Virus record (IMG/VR): IMGVR_UViG_3300009155_000069
Location: 1 to 60,852 of that record
DNA: 60,852 nt
Source of the DNA: a virus
Lineage: Duplodnaviria; Caudoviricetes
Reading direction: 5' to 3' (one strand)
In this document: positions 38,644-47,111 of the stretch, piece by piece
Position numbering within the stretch: position 1 is the first letter of the stretch
Layout: the number at the start of each line of letters is the position of its first letter
Made by a program: the position numbers and the translations under genes
Notes under the pieces: generated by a model
The model's input: only the letters and a program-made list of their open reading frames with translations
Database searches by the model: none
Told to the model about the DNA's origin: nothing

Positions 38644-39576
38644 TCAGCCACCAATAAAATATTGACGTGGCACAAACCGATCAGGCGCTTTCTCGCGGTC
38701 TTCTCCAGCGGCAAGAGCAAACTGTTGCTCGTAAACGGCTTGGAGCATCTCAAGGCGAGGGCCACCTTCAGGAATCTTCATTGCAATGTAGTACGCCAGA
38801 CCTGCCACAAGGCAAGGTAAGAAGCGGAAGTTCATGTCTGGTGTTTGCACACCCGAGCCAGCGTTCTGTACTCGGCGCATGCGGAAGTACGACATCTGAT
38901 AGTAGGGGGTTGACACCGTGCCTTGATCGGGCACAGGCCATACAGTCACAGCAGGAAGTTCAGCCCAATACACATTGGCGGCGGCAGTATGCGCCGCAGC
39001 AGTCGAATTGTTTTGTGCGCGGAAACAGTTGTACAGCGTATTACCAGTGATGTAGGAGTAGTTGATGTACTCGCTGTCAATCTTGATGAACCCAAATGCA
39101 GGAAGACCCGTGGCGTCGGTCAACACAATAGTTGTGTCTGTTGCAGTAATCGTTGTTGCCAACGTGGTGGTGAGAGACTCTTGCCCAGACAGACGTTGCA
39201 CCATGACCTGAATTGGTCTGGCTTGAGTTAACTTGTTTGGGATTGTCGCGTAGGTAGACACACTGATACGTGTGATAGTGAGATCGGCCTGATTCGATAC
39301 GCTGTTTGCTTGTGTGCGAATCTGGTGTTCCAACAGATCAATCGTATCCACTGGAATGGGGTATGAAAACTGACCTTGCACGAGGTTCAATGTCCCCGGC
39401 TCAATCGTCCACATATTGAGGCCACGGTTCGCCCACTCAATCGTGAGCAGGTTCATGGATCGACGCGCTGTCCGCAGGTCATAGCCCGTGCGCATCTCAC
39501 GCCCAGCACGTTCGTACGCTTCTTCAGCGACTTCCGTGAAGTTCATGTCAAAATCAGCTACGCCTGTGGTCGTCAT
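38644..39576 (-). CDS. Head-tail connector / tail tubular A-like protein
   Basis: EEAYERAG..ARRSMNLL..WANRG..WPVPD..GLAYY. Confidence 0.7.
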   Translation of the reverse strand: MTTTGVADFDMNFTEVAEEAYERAGREMRTGYDLRTARRSMNLLTIEWANRGLNMWTIEPGTLNLVQGQFSYPIPVDTIDLLEHQIRTQANSVSNQADLTITRISVSTYATIPNKLTQARPIQVMVQRLSGQESLTTTLATTITATDTTIVLTDATGLPAFGFIKIDSEYINYSYITGNTLYNCFRAQNNSTAAAHTAAANVYWAELPAVTVWPVPDQGTVSTPYYQMSYFRMRRVQNAGSGVQTPDMNFRFLPCLVAGLAYYIAMKIPEGGPRLEMLQAVYEQQFALAAGEDREKAPDRFVPRQYFIGG

Positions 39577-39810
39577 TTAGCGATACCCCGCTGTTTTCTT
39601 GGCTACGCTTTTGGGCTGTGCCACAAACTGTTTACCTTGCGCCTTACCCGCACGTTTGGCGCGGGTTGTAGCGGCATACTCAGCAGGAGACAAAGCCTTG
39701 ATAGCCTTTTCAGGCAAATACCGCTCCCCCGTCTTTGAAGACGGTTTGCCAGACTTAGTGCGCCACTTCTGGTCGCCCCAGTCTTTCAGGGATTGTTGCG
39801 GTGACTTCAT
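39577..39810 (-). CDS. Small basic protein (DUF5872-like, C-terminal half)
   Basis: SLKDW..QKWRTK..ERYLP..GKQFV. Confidence 0.7.
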   Translation of the reverse strand: MKSPQQSLKDWGDQKWRTKSGKPSSKTGERYLPEKAIKALSPAEYAATTRAKRAGKAQGKQFVAQPKSVAKKTAGYR

Positions 39811-39811
39811 G

Positions 39812-40090
39812 TCAGTCCTTGTACCCGCCACCAGCGGCCTTGTACTTCTTGGCAACCAACTGAGCTTTGCGTGCAGACCACTGACCTGCGCCAGTACCCT
39901 GTGTTGCTGCGGCTTTTACCTGAGACACAATCCGCTTACGCAGACTGGGCTTGGTGTAGTTGCCAGCAGCATTGACAGAGCCGCCTTCCTTAAAGATTTC
40001 CACAGGCTCAAGAGCGTCCTTACGTAGGATTTTCCTGCCCTTGGGCATCTTGTCAGGATTGACGGCACCCATGCCGCGACTGGCTCTCAT
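39812..40090 (-). CDS. Small basic protein (DUF5872-like, N-terminal half)
   Basis: YTKP.LR..GQWSARKAQL..YK..GGGY. Confidence 0.7.
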   Translation of the reverse strand: MRASRGMGAVNPDKMPKGRKILRKDALEPVEIFKEGGSVNAAGNYTKPSLRKRIVSQVKAAATQGTGAGQWSARKAQLVAKKYKAAGGGYKD

Positions 40091-40416
40091 TTTTTGTACG
40101 CCATTCCACCGCCGCACATAACCATCGTGCCTTTGGTCTTGCCACGCTCGGCACAACCATCAGCGCGTTTGGAAGCGGAACTTACAGAGCCACCCTTTTT
40201 GTAAGGGGTAGTGCGTGCGCCTTCGTAGGCTGCATCCAGCTTGGGCTGCATAGCCTGATCACGAGCATCCTGCATCATTGCGGCGCGTTTCATGCGAGTT
40301 TCAGGAGTCACCACATCATCCAAGGTCATGCCGGGACGACGAGGTTTGTAACCACGCATACCAGCGGCGCTGGAAGACGGCATCTGTGGGGGAGGGGGCA
40401 TCATTGGTTTAGGCAT
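40087..40416 (-). CDS. Small basic protein with RADG.A.RGKTKG motif
   Basis: AGGAG RBS; shares its C-terminal motif with the neighbouring gene. Confidence 0.7.
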   Translation of the reverse strand: MPKPMMPPPPQMPSSSAAGMRGYKPRRPGMTLDDVVTPETRMKRAAMMQDARDQAMQPKLDAAYEGARTTPYKKGGSVSSASKRADGCAERGKTKGTMVMCGGGMAYKK

Positions 40417-40428
40417 ATCGTTCTCCTA

Positions 40429-40866
40429 TTAACAGGCCATGCCGCCTTTGTTGAGCATCTTGCCTTTGGTCTTGCCACGTTGAGCAATACCATCAGCGCG
40501 AGAAGAAGCAGAGCCGCCAGAAGCCATCTTCTTAGCCATGCCGCCTTTTTTCATGCCCATCATTTGTTTCTTGTCCATTGCCATGTCAGCTTTAGAGCCT
40601 TCTTTCATGCCCTTTTTCTCAACGTCTTTACCAGACTTCTCGAAAGCAGCCATCTTGCCGGAGCCAGCTTTTTTCTTAGCCATCATTGCCATGAAACCGG
40701 GGTTCATCTTTGTAGCCATATCACCACCTTTTGAAAATTTACGGCCTTTATCGGCCTCGTTAAAGTCTTTTCCCACGGACTGTGGGACGCCTACTTTCTT
40801 GGCGAACGATGGCGAGTGGGCAATCGCAGCCATGAAATTGTGTTGCTTCTTACTCGTGCTGGGCAT
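40429..40866 (-). CDS. Small K/M/G-rich protein with RADG.A.RGKTKG motif
   Basis: MPSTSKKQHNFMAA N-terminus; four xxGG motifs. Confidence 0.7.
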   Translation of the reverse strand: MPSTSKKQHNFMAAIAHSPSFAKKVGVPQSVGKDFNEADKGRKFSKGGDMATKMNPGFMAMMAKKKAGSGKMAAFEKSGKDVEKKGMKEGSKADMAMDKKQMMGMKKGGMAKKMASGGSASSRADGIAQRGKTKGKMLNKGGMAC

Positions 40867-41095
40867 AGTTACCTTTCAGATTGTCAATCTTACGTTCAAT
40901 ACGATCAAACCTGTCAAGCAACTGCTGCATGTCTGCGCGAAATTCAGAACGGGTAATGTGGTCACGAGCAACTTCTTCACGAGTGCGGTTCAGCAAAATA
41001 CTGAGCCTGTCCAACTCATCAAATTTACCTTTAAGCAAAAACCCCATGACTGCAACAATTGCACTCAGGGCTGCGTTCCATAACATCATTTCCAT
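40850..41095 (-). CDS. Small membrane/coiled-coil protein
   Basis: N-terminal TM helix; LLNRTREE..RIERKID. Confidence 0.65.
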   Translation of the reverse strand: MEMMLWNAALSAIVAVMGFLLKGKFDELDRLSILLNRTREEVARDHITRSEFRADMQQLLDRFDRIERKIDNLKGNYAQHE

Positions 41096-41096
41096 A

Positions 41097-41354
41097 TCAG
41101 CACTTCCACCTTGCAAGAGCAGCCGCCTTACGGGTGGGCTTACCCTTCTCGTCTTTCATTGGCCCCGGCATACCCGACATGCGTGCGCAAAACGAGTCCT
41201 TGCGCTTGCCGCCTTGGGGCTGGGGAGCTTTTAAATTACTGCCTGTTGCAGCGTTGTACTTGGCACGGCCTTTGGCAGTCAAACCTGCCCCCTTGGAGAC
41301 AGGTAGCTTTTCGCCACGACCAACAGCAAGGGATGGGCCTTTTTTCTTAGCCAT
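41097..41354 (-). CDS. Small basic phage protein
   Basis: GLTAKGR..NLKAP..SFCARM..RWKC motif. Confidence 0.7.
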   Translation of the reverse strand: MAKKKGPSLAVGRGEKLPVSKGAGLTAKGRAKYNAATGSNLKAPQPQGGKRKDSFCARMSGMPGPMKDEKGKPTRKAAALARWKC

Positions 41355-42087
41355 TTGCAACTTTCAAACGCGACTGTCGGATGTTCTCCAACATTGGCAT
41401 TACAACTTCCTCGCGGAAGTTGCGGGTAAATGATTCAGTGCCCACGTGCGGCAAGCTGATGTCCACATCAATGTAGACCTTAAAGCCAAGCTGAGTAGCA
41501 CGGTCGCAGAACAAATAGTCCTCACCAACGTACTGCTCGTTCACGATGCTGAAGTCAAACAGCGCATGGAGCACACCGCCATCGGCGTTCTTGTATGCCC
41601 ACTCAGGATGCGCCTCAATCATCTTCTCGATGACGTGACGTTGGATCAGCATGAACCCTGTACCCACGCGCTTCACGCGCATGAGAGAACCGACAAACTC
41701 AAAGTCTTCGTTCTCGTCAAAGTACAGGTCAGTGAAATATTTTTTGTCTCGCGCACGGCGCGGATACGCACCAGCGGAAATGTCTTGTGTGCCACCCTGC
41801 GCCATCAGGCGCAAGATGTCATCAGGTGTGACGATCACATCGGCGTCAATAAACAACAACTCTGTGCAATCTGTTTTCAGGAACTCGTGCACGAGCGCAT
41901 TACGCGCCAGCGTGATGAGAGAACAATTTGAAATATCAGAAAGAGTCACAGACACACCAAGACGCATTGCGGCTGGCATCAGTTGTGCCAGACCGTATGC
42001 GGTCTTAATGTTGAGCTTGCCGTCATAGGCAGGGATGCCAATGAACAGCTTGCGACCACTGAGAGTTGCTTGTTTGACTTCAGCCAT
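41347..42087 (-). CDS. Glycosyltransferase (GT-A fold, GT2-like)
   Basis: ARN, LLFIDADV (DxD), GTGFMLI.R, GEDYLFC, H.G. Confidence 0.85.
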   Translation of the reverse strand: MAEVKQATLSGRKLFIGIPAYDGKLNIKTAYGLAQLMPAAMRLGVSVTLSDISNCSLITLARNALVHEFLKTDCTELLFIDADVIVTPDDILRLMAQGGTQDISAGAYPRRARDKKYFTDLYFDENEDFEFVGSLMRVKRVGTGFMLIQRHVIEKMIEAHPEWAYKNADGGVLHALFDFSIVNEQYVGEDYLFCDRATQLGFKVYIDVDISLPHVGTESFTRNFREEVVMPMLENIRQSRLKVANG

Positions 42088-42592
42088 AGTAAATGTTCAC
42101 AGCTACTACGTTGCTCAGTTGGGCGTAAATACCATCGACAACAATTACGCCATCATCAGGAATAAACGGCGAATTGTTGTACGAATCATTTGCTGCAACG
42201 TCGTACGTCATCAACCAGCGGCTTGCATACACCATTGCGGCCCCCGCAGTAATACTGCCAGAGTTGATGTCTGTGATTGTGAAAGTGTTTGCGTTGGTGA
42301 CAGTTACTGGGTAATTGCCGTTTGTTGCAGTGCCACCTGTTCCAGCCGCAAAGTCAATACCAATAACTTGCCCAGTAACTAAACCATGTGCCGTGGATGA
42401 AACGGTAATGGTTGTGCCTGAACGACCATAGGTCGCTGTGGTCACTGGGGCAACAGTGGTGTCAAATAACGAAACGTAGCCAGCAGTTGCAGAGCCAGTA
42501 AACGAGATGGCCTTGACTCGGTTTCTACCAAGCACCATAAATCCACTGGCATTTATATGTGCCTGTTTTACGGGTGTCTGATTCATAATCAA
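42080..42592 (-). CDS. Thr/Gly-rich virion protein
   Basis: TITVSSTAHGLVTG..NGNY.VTV..NTFT beta module. Confidence 0.65.
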   Translation of the reverse strand: MIMNQTPVKQAHINASGFMVLGRNRVKAISFTGSATAGYVSLFDTTVAPVTTATYGRSGTTITVSSTAHGLVTGQVIGIDFAAGTGGTATNGNYPVTVTNANTFTITDINSGSITAGAAMVYASRWLMTYDVAANDSYNNSPFIPDDGVIVVDGIYAQLSNVVAVNIYYG

Positions 42593-42602
42593 TCTCCTTT
42601 AG

Positions 42603-42623
42603 AAAAGGGAGCCAAGGCTCCCG
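42603..42623 (-). terminator. Small terminator-like hairpin
   Basis: GGGAGCC-TT-GGCTCCC-TTTT on the minus strand. Confidence 0.5.
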
Positions 42624-42630
42624 AGATCAA

Positions 42631-43113
42631 TTAGTTTTGCTGACCAACAGGGTAGCCAACGCCATCAGAGCCACGGACAGTGTAGGCAATTGCCAGAGTA
42701 CCAGCACCAGTCGTCACGGTAGTACCGCTCACTGCGTAGGTTACAAACACATCGGTTGTGCCCACGTTGCTCATCTTCAACAGGTCAGCAGCGGTGGTGG
42801 TGGCGGTCATGGTGTACAGGCCAGCGGTACCGCTGGTAGGTGTGATCGTACCAATGGTGGTAGTGCCAACCTTGATAGTCAGAGTGGGGGTTGTACCGTT
42901 GAAAGCAGTGGTATCAACGTACAGTTGAACAGCCGTGATCATCGAACCAGCGGGCAATGCAGCCAAGTTGGTTGCGGTAGTTTCAGCAAAAGTTACTGCC
43001 TTGCTTTGCAACACGATGGTCGAGCCAGTGTTACGAGTGGTGGCAGCGGTAGTACCCGTGGTGTCTTTGGTGGTGCCCAACAACCAAGGGCCAAGGTGAG
43101 TTGCGAATCCCAT
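42631..43113 (-). CDS. Capsid decoration/cement-like protein
   Basis: Thr-rich; LPAGS.I jelly-roll-type pattern; immediately after the major capsid gene. Confidence 0.65.
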   Translation of the reverse strand: MGFATHLGPWLLGTTKDTTGTTAATTRNTGSTIVLQSKAVTFAETTATNLAALPAGSMITAVQLYVDTTAFNGTTPTLTIKVGTTTIGTITPTSGTAGLYTMTATTTAADLLKMSNVGTTDVFVTYAVSGTTVTTGAGTLAIAYTVRGSDGVGYPVGQQN

Positions 43114-43124
43114 GATGGATTTCC

Positions 43125-43197
43125 TTTACATGCGTTAGGGTGTATCAATCTGCATGAGGTCAGCCGAGCCTGTCTGATACACCGAAAAATCTCGGTT
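43125..43197 (-). ncRNA. Mu-gpT-DE-like structured RNA
   Basis: GGTGTATCAG/TTGATACACC stem with two pseudoknot pairings (CCGAG/CTCGG, CATGC/GCATG), directly downstream of a Mu gpT-like capsid gene. Confidence 0.6.
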
Positions 43198-43221
43198 GGT
43201 GTCAATATACACCAAAACAAA

Positions 43222-43250
43222 CAAAAAGGGGGGAAATTACTCCCCCCTTT
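43222..43250 (-). terminator. Terminator after the major capsid gene
   Basis: GGGGGGAG-TAAT-TTCCCCCC-TTTTT. Confidence 0.85.
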
Positions 43251-43254
43251 CTGA

Positions 43255-44166
43255 TTAGGACGAACCGGGCGATCCGAAGATACCCAATGGGTCAGAGACG
43301 CCGAAGCTGTAACGCTCACGGGCCTTGTAGCGGACGTTGCCAGTATCGAAGTCGCCGTCCATGCTGGTAGACAGCGGAGTACGGACAAAGTGCTTCAAAC
43401 CGTTGGGCACGTCAGACATCAAGAACCATGCGTTTGTGTCTGTCAAGAAGTGGTTGACACGATAACCTTCAGGAATCGAGCCATTGTTCTTCAAGGCGTT
43501 GATGTCGTTGTCGGTTGTACCAACGCGCAACTCGGTTTCGAGCAAGCGGGTAGCCACGAACATCAATTGTGGAGGAACAATCAACTTCTTAGGACGAGCA
43601 GCGATCAACAAACCACGTTCGTCTGTCCAACCAGCGATCTGAATAACTGCGTTTTCCAACGAAGTTTCGTTCAGGTCAGCGCCAGTCGTAGGACGGTTGC
43701 TGTTGGTGCCACCAGAGATCAGTGGGTGGGCAGTGTTACACAAGGTAACGCCGTCACCGTAAGTCACTGCGGTGTTGAACGCATTGTTCAGCACGTAAGC
43801 GGCTTTGACCTGCTTGGTGTACGCCATAGCACGAGCCAAGGACTTGGTATAACGTGAAGACAAAGAGTCATACAAGTTATCTTCCATAGCTTCTTCGGTA
43901 ACCGAGAAGCCCATGCCGATGGTTTCGTGTGTGTAGCGTGCAGTCCATGCTTCCTGCGCGTTGTCGTACTGAATGGCGGAGCCTTCATTCTTGACAGGTG
44001 CGGCGCTGAAGCCAGACAGCTTGGTTTCTTCTTCAAAAGAACGCTCAGAAGTCTCGGTTTCGTAGATTTCTTTGTGTTCTTCACCATATCGCTCATACTC
44101 CATACCGAACAAAGCGTTCAGACCGGGGAGCAATTCCTTGAGCAGTTGTGCGCGTGAAATAGCCAT
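43255..44166 (-). CDS. Major capsid protein (Mu gpT-like, HK97 fold)
   Basis: MAISRAQLLKELLPGLNALFG; EEAMEDNLY; PKKLIVPP; DFDTGNVRYKARERYSFG; follows the scaffold. Confidence 0.92.
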   Translation of the reverse strand: MAISRAQLLKELLPGLNALFGMEYERYGEEHKEIYETETSERSFEEETKLSGFSAAPVKNEGSAIQYDNAQEAWTARYTHETIGMGFSVTEEAMEDNLYDSLSSRYTKSLARAMAYTKQVKAAYVLNNAFNTAVTYGDGVTLCNTAHPLISGGTNSNRPTTGADLNETSLENAVIQIAGWTDERGLLIAARPKKLIVPPQLMFVATRLLETELRVGTTDNDINALKNNGSIPEGYRVNHFLTDTNAWFLMSDVPNGLKHFVRTPLSTSMDGDFDTGNVRYKARERYSFGVSDPLGIFGSPGSS

Positions 44167-44178
44167 TTATGTTACTCC

Positions 44179-44793
44179 TTAAACACCAGTGGTGTCAGTA
44201 TATTGGTGCAGGTTGAACTTCACCAAGAACTCGTAGTAAGTCGTGGCACTTGCGTTGGCTGGGCCAGTCGCAGTATCAGGCACAACGTCAACGACGCGAA
44301 CTGGCAACGTATTGGTCGTGGCGGCAGCAGTGCCGTCAATACCGTAGTACGAATCACCTGTGGTAGTGTTACCAGCAGTAACCGAGATTGGCACGTTAGC
44401 GCCAACGATTGCACGGGTGAAAGCCGTAGGAACGGTAGTCTGACCACTGGTAGCTACAACCTTGAACACTGCGTTCGGATCATCCACAACATAGCCAAAG
44501 GCCAATGCAGTAGAAGTCGATTGCGATGCGGGGTAGTACTGACCTTGCACGGGTTGACCGCTGGAGTTGATGTAAGAACAACCAACGAATACGCCTACGC
44601 TGTCACCAGTGTTGGTAGCAGTTTTGGCAACGAGGTAGCCAGTGGAGTCAGTTTGCACTGTGTCACCGTTGAGAATTGCAGTAGCATAACCTGCTGCAAT
44701 AGGGATTTGACGGATCGCTCCGGCGTAAGGCAAGCCATCCAGTCGGTTGACTGGTTTAAAGCCGTACGTCTTATCTACTGTGGGATAAGCCAT
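44179..44793 (-). CDS. Minor capsid / head decoration protein
   Basis: YGFKPV..I.NGD.V..GVFVGC..VDDP..F; directly before the capsid gene. Confidence 0.7.
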   Translation of the reverse strand: MAYPTVDKTYGFKPVNRLDGLPYAGAIRQIPIAAGYATAILNGDTVQTDSTGYLVAKTATNTGDSVGVFVGCSYINSSGQPVQGQYYPASQSTSTALAFGYVVDDPNAVFKVVATSGQTTVPTAFTRAIVGANVPISVTAGNTTTGDSYYGIDGTAAATTNTLPVRVVDVVPDTATGPANASATTYYEFLVKFNLHQYTDTTGV

Positions 44794-44808
44794 TTAAGGA
44801 CTCCTGAA

Positions 44809-45279
44809 TTAAAAACCTTTGCCAAATGTAACCTTCGTGGAACGCTCATTAAAGAGCGGCATACGAGGATCGCTTTCACGCAAGAAGTTGTTGTCAACAG
44901 ATTGCATCTGGGACTCCGCTTGTTTGCGGAACCAAGCATCACGCTGTGCAACCATTTCAGTTGGGGTCTTGCAGAGCATCAGACCGCCCACGACGACGTT
45001 ATCTTTGAATTGACTTGCGGGGTCAACAAAAAGCTGAATCTCGGGGTGATCGGCGGCACGTACAGGTTCCCAACCTTCGCGGAGCTTCGACGAAAGGTTA
45101 GAGGGATCGTTTTGGCCTTGTGTGGAAATACGAATCCAACGGAATTCCCAACCTTCTTGAGGGGCGGGATCGGGGAGCAGTGTAGGTGGTGTCCAAGTCA
45201 TAGGACGCGCCGTGCTTGCACGGGAGCCTTGGTCACGATCTTCACGATTTTGTTGGGTCAATTTGTTCTCAGCCATCAT
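44809..45279 (-). CDS. Conserved head-module protein
   Basis: W.PP.LLP..FRWIR..REGWEPV..GGLMLC. Confidence 0.75.
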   Translation of the reverse strand: MMAENKLTQQNREDRDQGSRASTARPMTWTPPTLLPDPAPQEGWEFRWIRISTQGQNDPSNLSSKLREGWEPVRAADHPEIQLFVDPASQFKDNVVVGGLMLCKTPTEMVAQRDAWFRKQAESQMQSVDNNFLRESDPRMPLFNERSTKVTFGKGF

Positions 45280-46262
45280 TCGTTCCTCATTCCTTCTGCG
45301 ACTTTCTTCGCGTAAAGCTCAAGTGGAATCCCGAGCCGCTTGGCAATGCTCACCGCACTTGGCGTCAGCACGATTTTCTTTGGCGCTGTGCTGCGCGTTG
45401 CAGGAGCAACTACTGTCGAGCGACGCGTGGGTTTTTCATTGCCACCGTTGCCATCCCTGAAATTCTCAGGAAACTTCTCGCGCATCCGAGCGTCGATACG
45501 CTCGTAATACGTGTCGGATCGGGGATCAATACCCTCCTCCTCGACCAGACGCTCATGCACTGCGAGTGCGAATCCGGTCATTTCCCTATCCTTGTTGAAC
45601 CAGCGGTTGCGATCTTTCCACGTTTCCGCCTTTTCATCTCGGTTGGGTGCCCCACTCGCAGGAGCTTGGGGCATAGGTACCTGTTGTACCGCATTTTGTT
45701 GCGGTTGTAAAGCTCTGGGACGAAAATTGTTAATTCGTTCCGATTTGAGCTTGGCTGACATTAAATCCTCTTGGGCGGCAGTAACTGCGTCCCCGTCACC
45801 AGACTCGTATGCAGCCTTGTATCTACGCTTGGCTTCGTCCAGTTCCTTTGCGGCAACCGTCTTAGCTTGCTCAATAAGAAGTTTCTGGTTGTTATCTGCG
45901 CTACCTTTGAGTTGCTCGTTCTCTTGCAAGATACGCTGGGCAATAGTGAGTGCTTCCTCACGTTCACGTTCAGCACGCTCCTTGGCGCGACGCTCCTCGT
46001 GGTAACCCTTATTAAGATGTGCCAAGCGATCACGTAGCTTGACATCCTTGTACTTCATGAGTTCTTCTTCGGTGACCTCCTCTGGAGCTTCGGTCATCGG
46101 GCGACGACCTTTGTCTTCGGGGCGAGTGTCATCCTTGATCTCGACCTTGACGGGGGTTTCCTCGCCTTCGATCACGATCTCAATTTCTTCCTCTTTCTCC
46201 TTGTCCTTACCAACGATGTTCTCGTCAGGAAACTTGAAAGAATCTTTTTCGTATTCAGCCAT
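45276..46262 (-). CDS. Scaffolding protein
   Basis: Acidic N-terminus, long coiled coil, W..RN.WF, C-terminal IAKRLGIPLE.YA. Confidence 0.8.
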   Translation of the reverse strand: MAEYEKDSFKFPDENIVGKDKEKEEEIEIVIEGEETPVKVEIKDDTRPEDKGRRPMTEAPEEVTEEELMKYKDVKLRDRLAHLNKGYHEERRAKERAEREREEALTIAQRILQENEQLKGSADNNQKLLIEQAKTVAAKELDEAKRRYKAAYESGDGDAVTAAQEDLMSAKLKSERINNFRPRALQPQQNAVQQVPMPQAPASGAPNRDEKAETWKDRNRWFNKDREMTGFALAVHERLVEEEGIDPRSDTYYERIDARMREKFPENFRDGNGGNEKPTRRSTVVAPATRSTAPKKIVLTPSAVSIAKRLGIPLELYAKKVAEGMRNE

Positions 46263-46273
46263 GATTTCTCCTT

Positions 46274-46504
46274 TTAGAGTTTGTTTTCATCGAGGCGGTG
46301 GTCACCACACCAGTCCACGGGGTAGACGGGTACAAAACCGTTCATAGACGGTGCATGGCGACGGCATCGTCCAATGACCTTCAAAGGGTTTACATCAGAG
46401 TCTGCGGTGCCTACTCTTTCTTTTTTCTTCTCAACATACCAAATACAGGTAGAACAGGTCATACCATTCTTTCTGTTGGCCCACGGGTCTTTAATTTCCA
46501 TCAC
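46274..46504 (-). CDS. Small Cys-rich protein
   Basis: CSTC.W..GRCRRHAP..DWCG.H. Confidence 0.7.
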   Translation of the reverse strand: MMEIKDPWANRKNGMTCSTCIWYVEKKKERVGTADSDVNPLKVIGRCRRHAPSMNGFVPVYPVDWCGDHRLDENKL

Positions 46505-46511
46505 CTTCTCC

Positions 46512-46922
46512 TTAATTCACGCGCTCGATGCCACGAGGGTCTTCGACCACCGCTTCCACCGAGTCATCATTGATCAACCGGAACTCAGTGCCGTGAATTT
46601 TGAAGCGTGTGCCGGTGTTGGCACGGCACATTACAAAATCACCTTTTTTGCACCAAGGGCCGCTTGGGAAGCGTTCCTTATCTGAGTAGCACATGTCACC
46701 CAAATCTACGACAAACAAGACATTCGTCAACAGTTGTTCGTAGACGATGGACTGCGCAGGCTTGATAAGCCCCGTATCTCCAATTTCTTCTTCCACAGGC
46801 GGCAACGTCACCAGAATCTTGTAGCCTTGAGGTTTGGGCAGTTGTCGTGCCTTCTCCTCTTTGGCTTTACTCAAGATACCGGATAGGTCAATCGCTTGCC
46901 CTGCTAAAAACTCACTCATCAT
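46512..46922 (-). CDS. groES: Co-chaperonin GroES-like protein
   Basis: P.GYKILV..GLI..VVDLG..WCKKGDFV..FRLINDD.V.AVV. Confidence 0.85.
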   Translation of the reverse strand: MMSEFLAGQAIDLSGILSKAKEEKARQLPKPQGYKILVTLPPVEEEIGDTGLIKPAQSIVYEQLLTNVLFVVDLGDMCYSDKERFPSGPWCKKGDFVMCRANTGTRFKIHGTEFRLINDDSVEAVVEDPRGIERVN

Positions 46923-47109
46923 CTCTCTCCTTTACACGTTCCAAGAGGTCTTCAATGTTTTGATTTCCGTGGAGAAGACCTCTCAACACTCCACAAACCT
47001 CGCGGTATTCCGCATAGTCTTTACAAGCACCCGAACCAAGGTGATCCAGCAGTTCTTGTCGCCGCTGGTTTGCCTTGTCCACTAACAGTTTCATCACTCT
47101 CTCGTCCAT
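46912..47109 (-). CDS. Small head-module protein
   Basis: L.SG...DYAEYR..CG.LRGL. Confidence 0.75.
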   Translation of the reverse strand: MDERVMKLLVDKANQRRQELLDHLGSGACKDYAEYREVCGVLRGLLHGNQNIEDLLERVKERDDE

Positions 47110-47111
47110 AC

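Noticed and set aside
44203-45315. Long antisense ORFs (e.g. 370 aa here, 311 aa at 17280..18215, 224 aa at 37099..37773)
   Set aside because: They shadow well-supported genes on the opposite strand and show no recognisable motifs.
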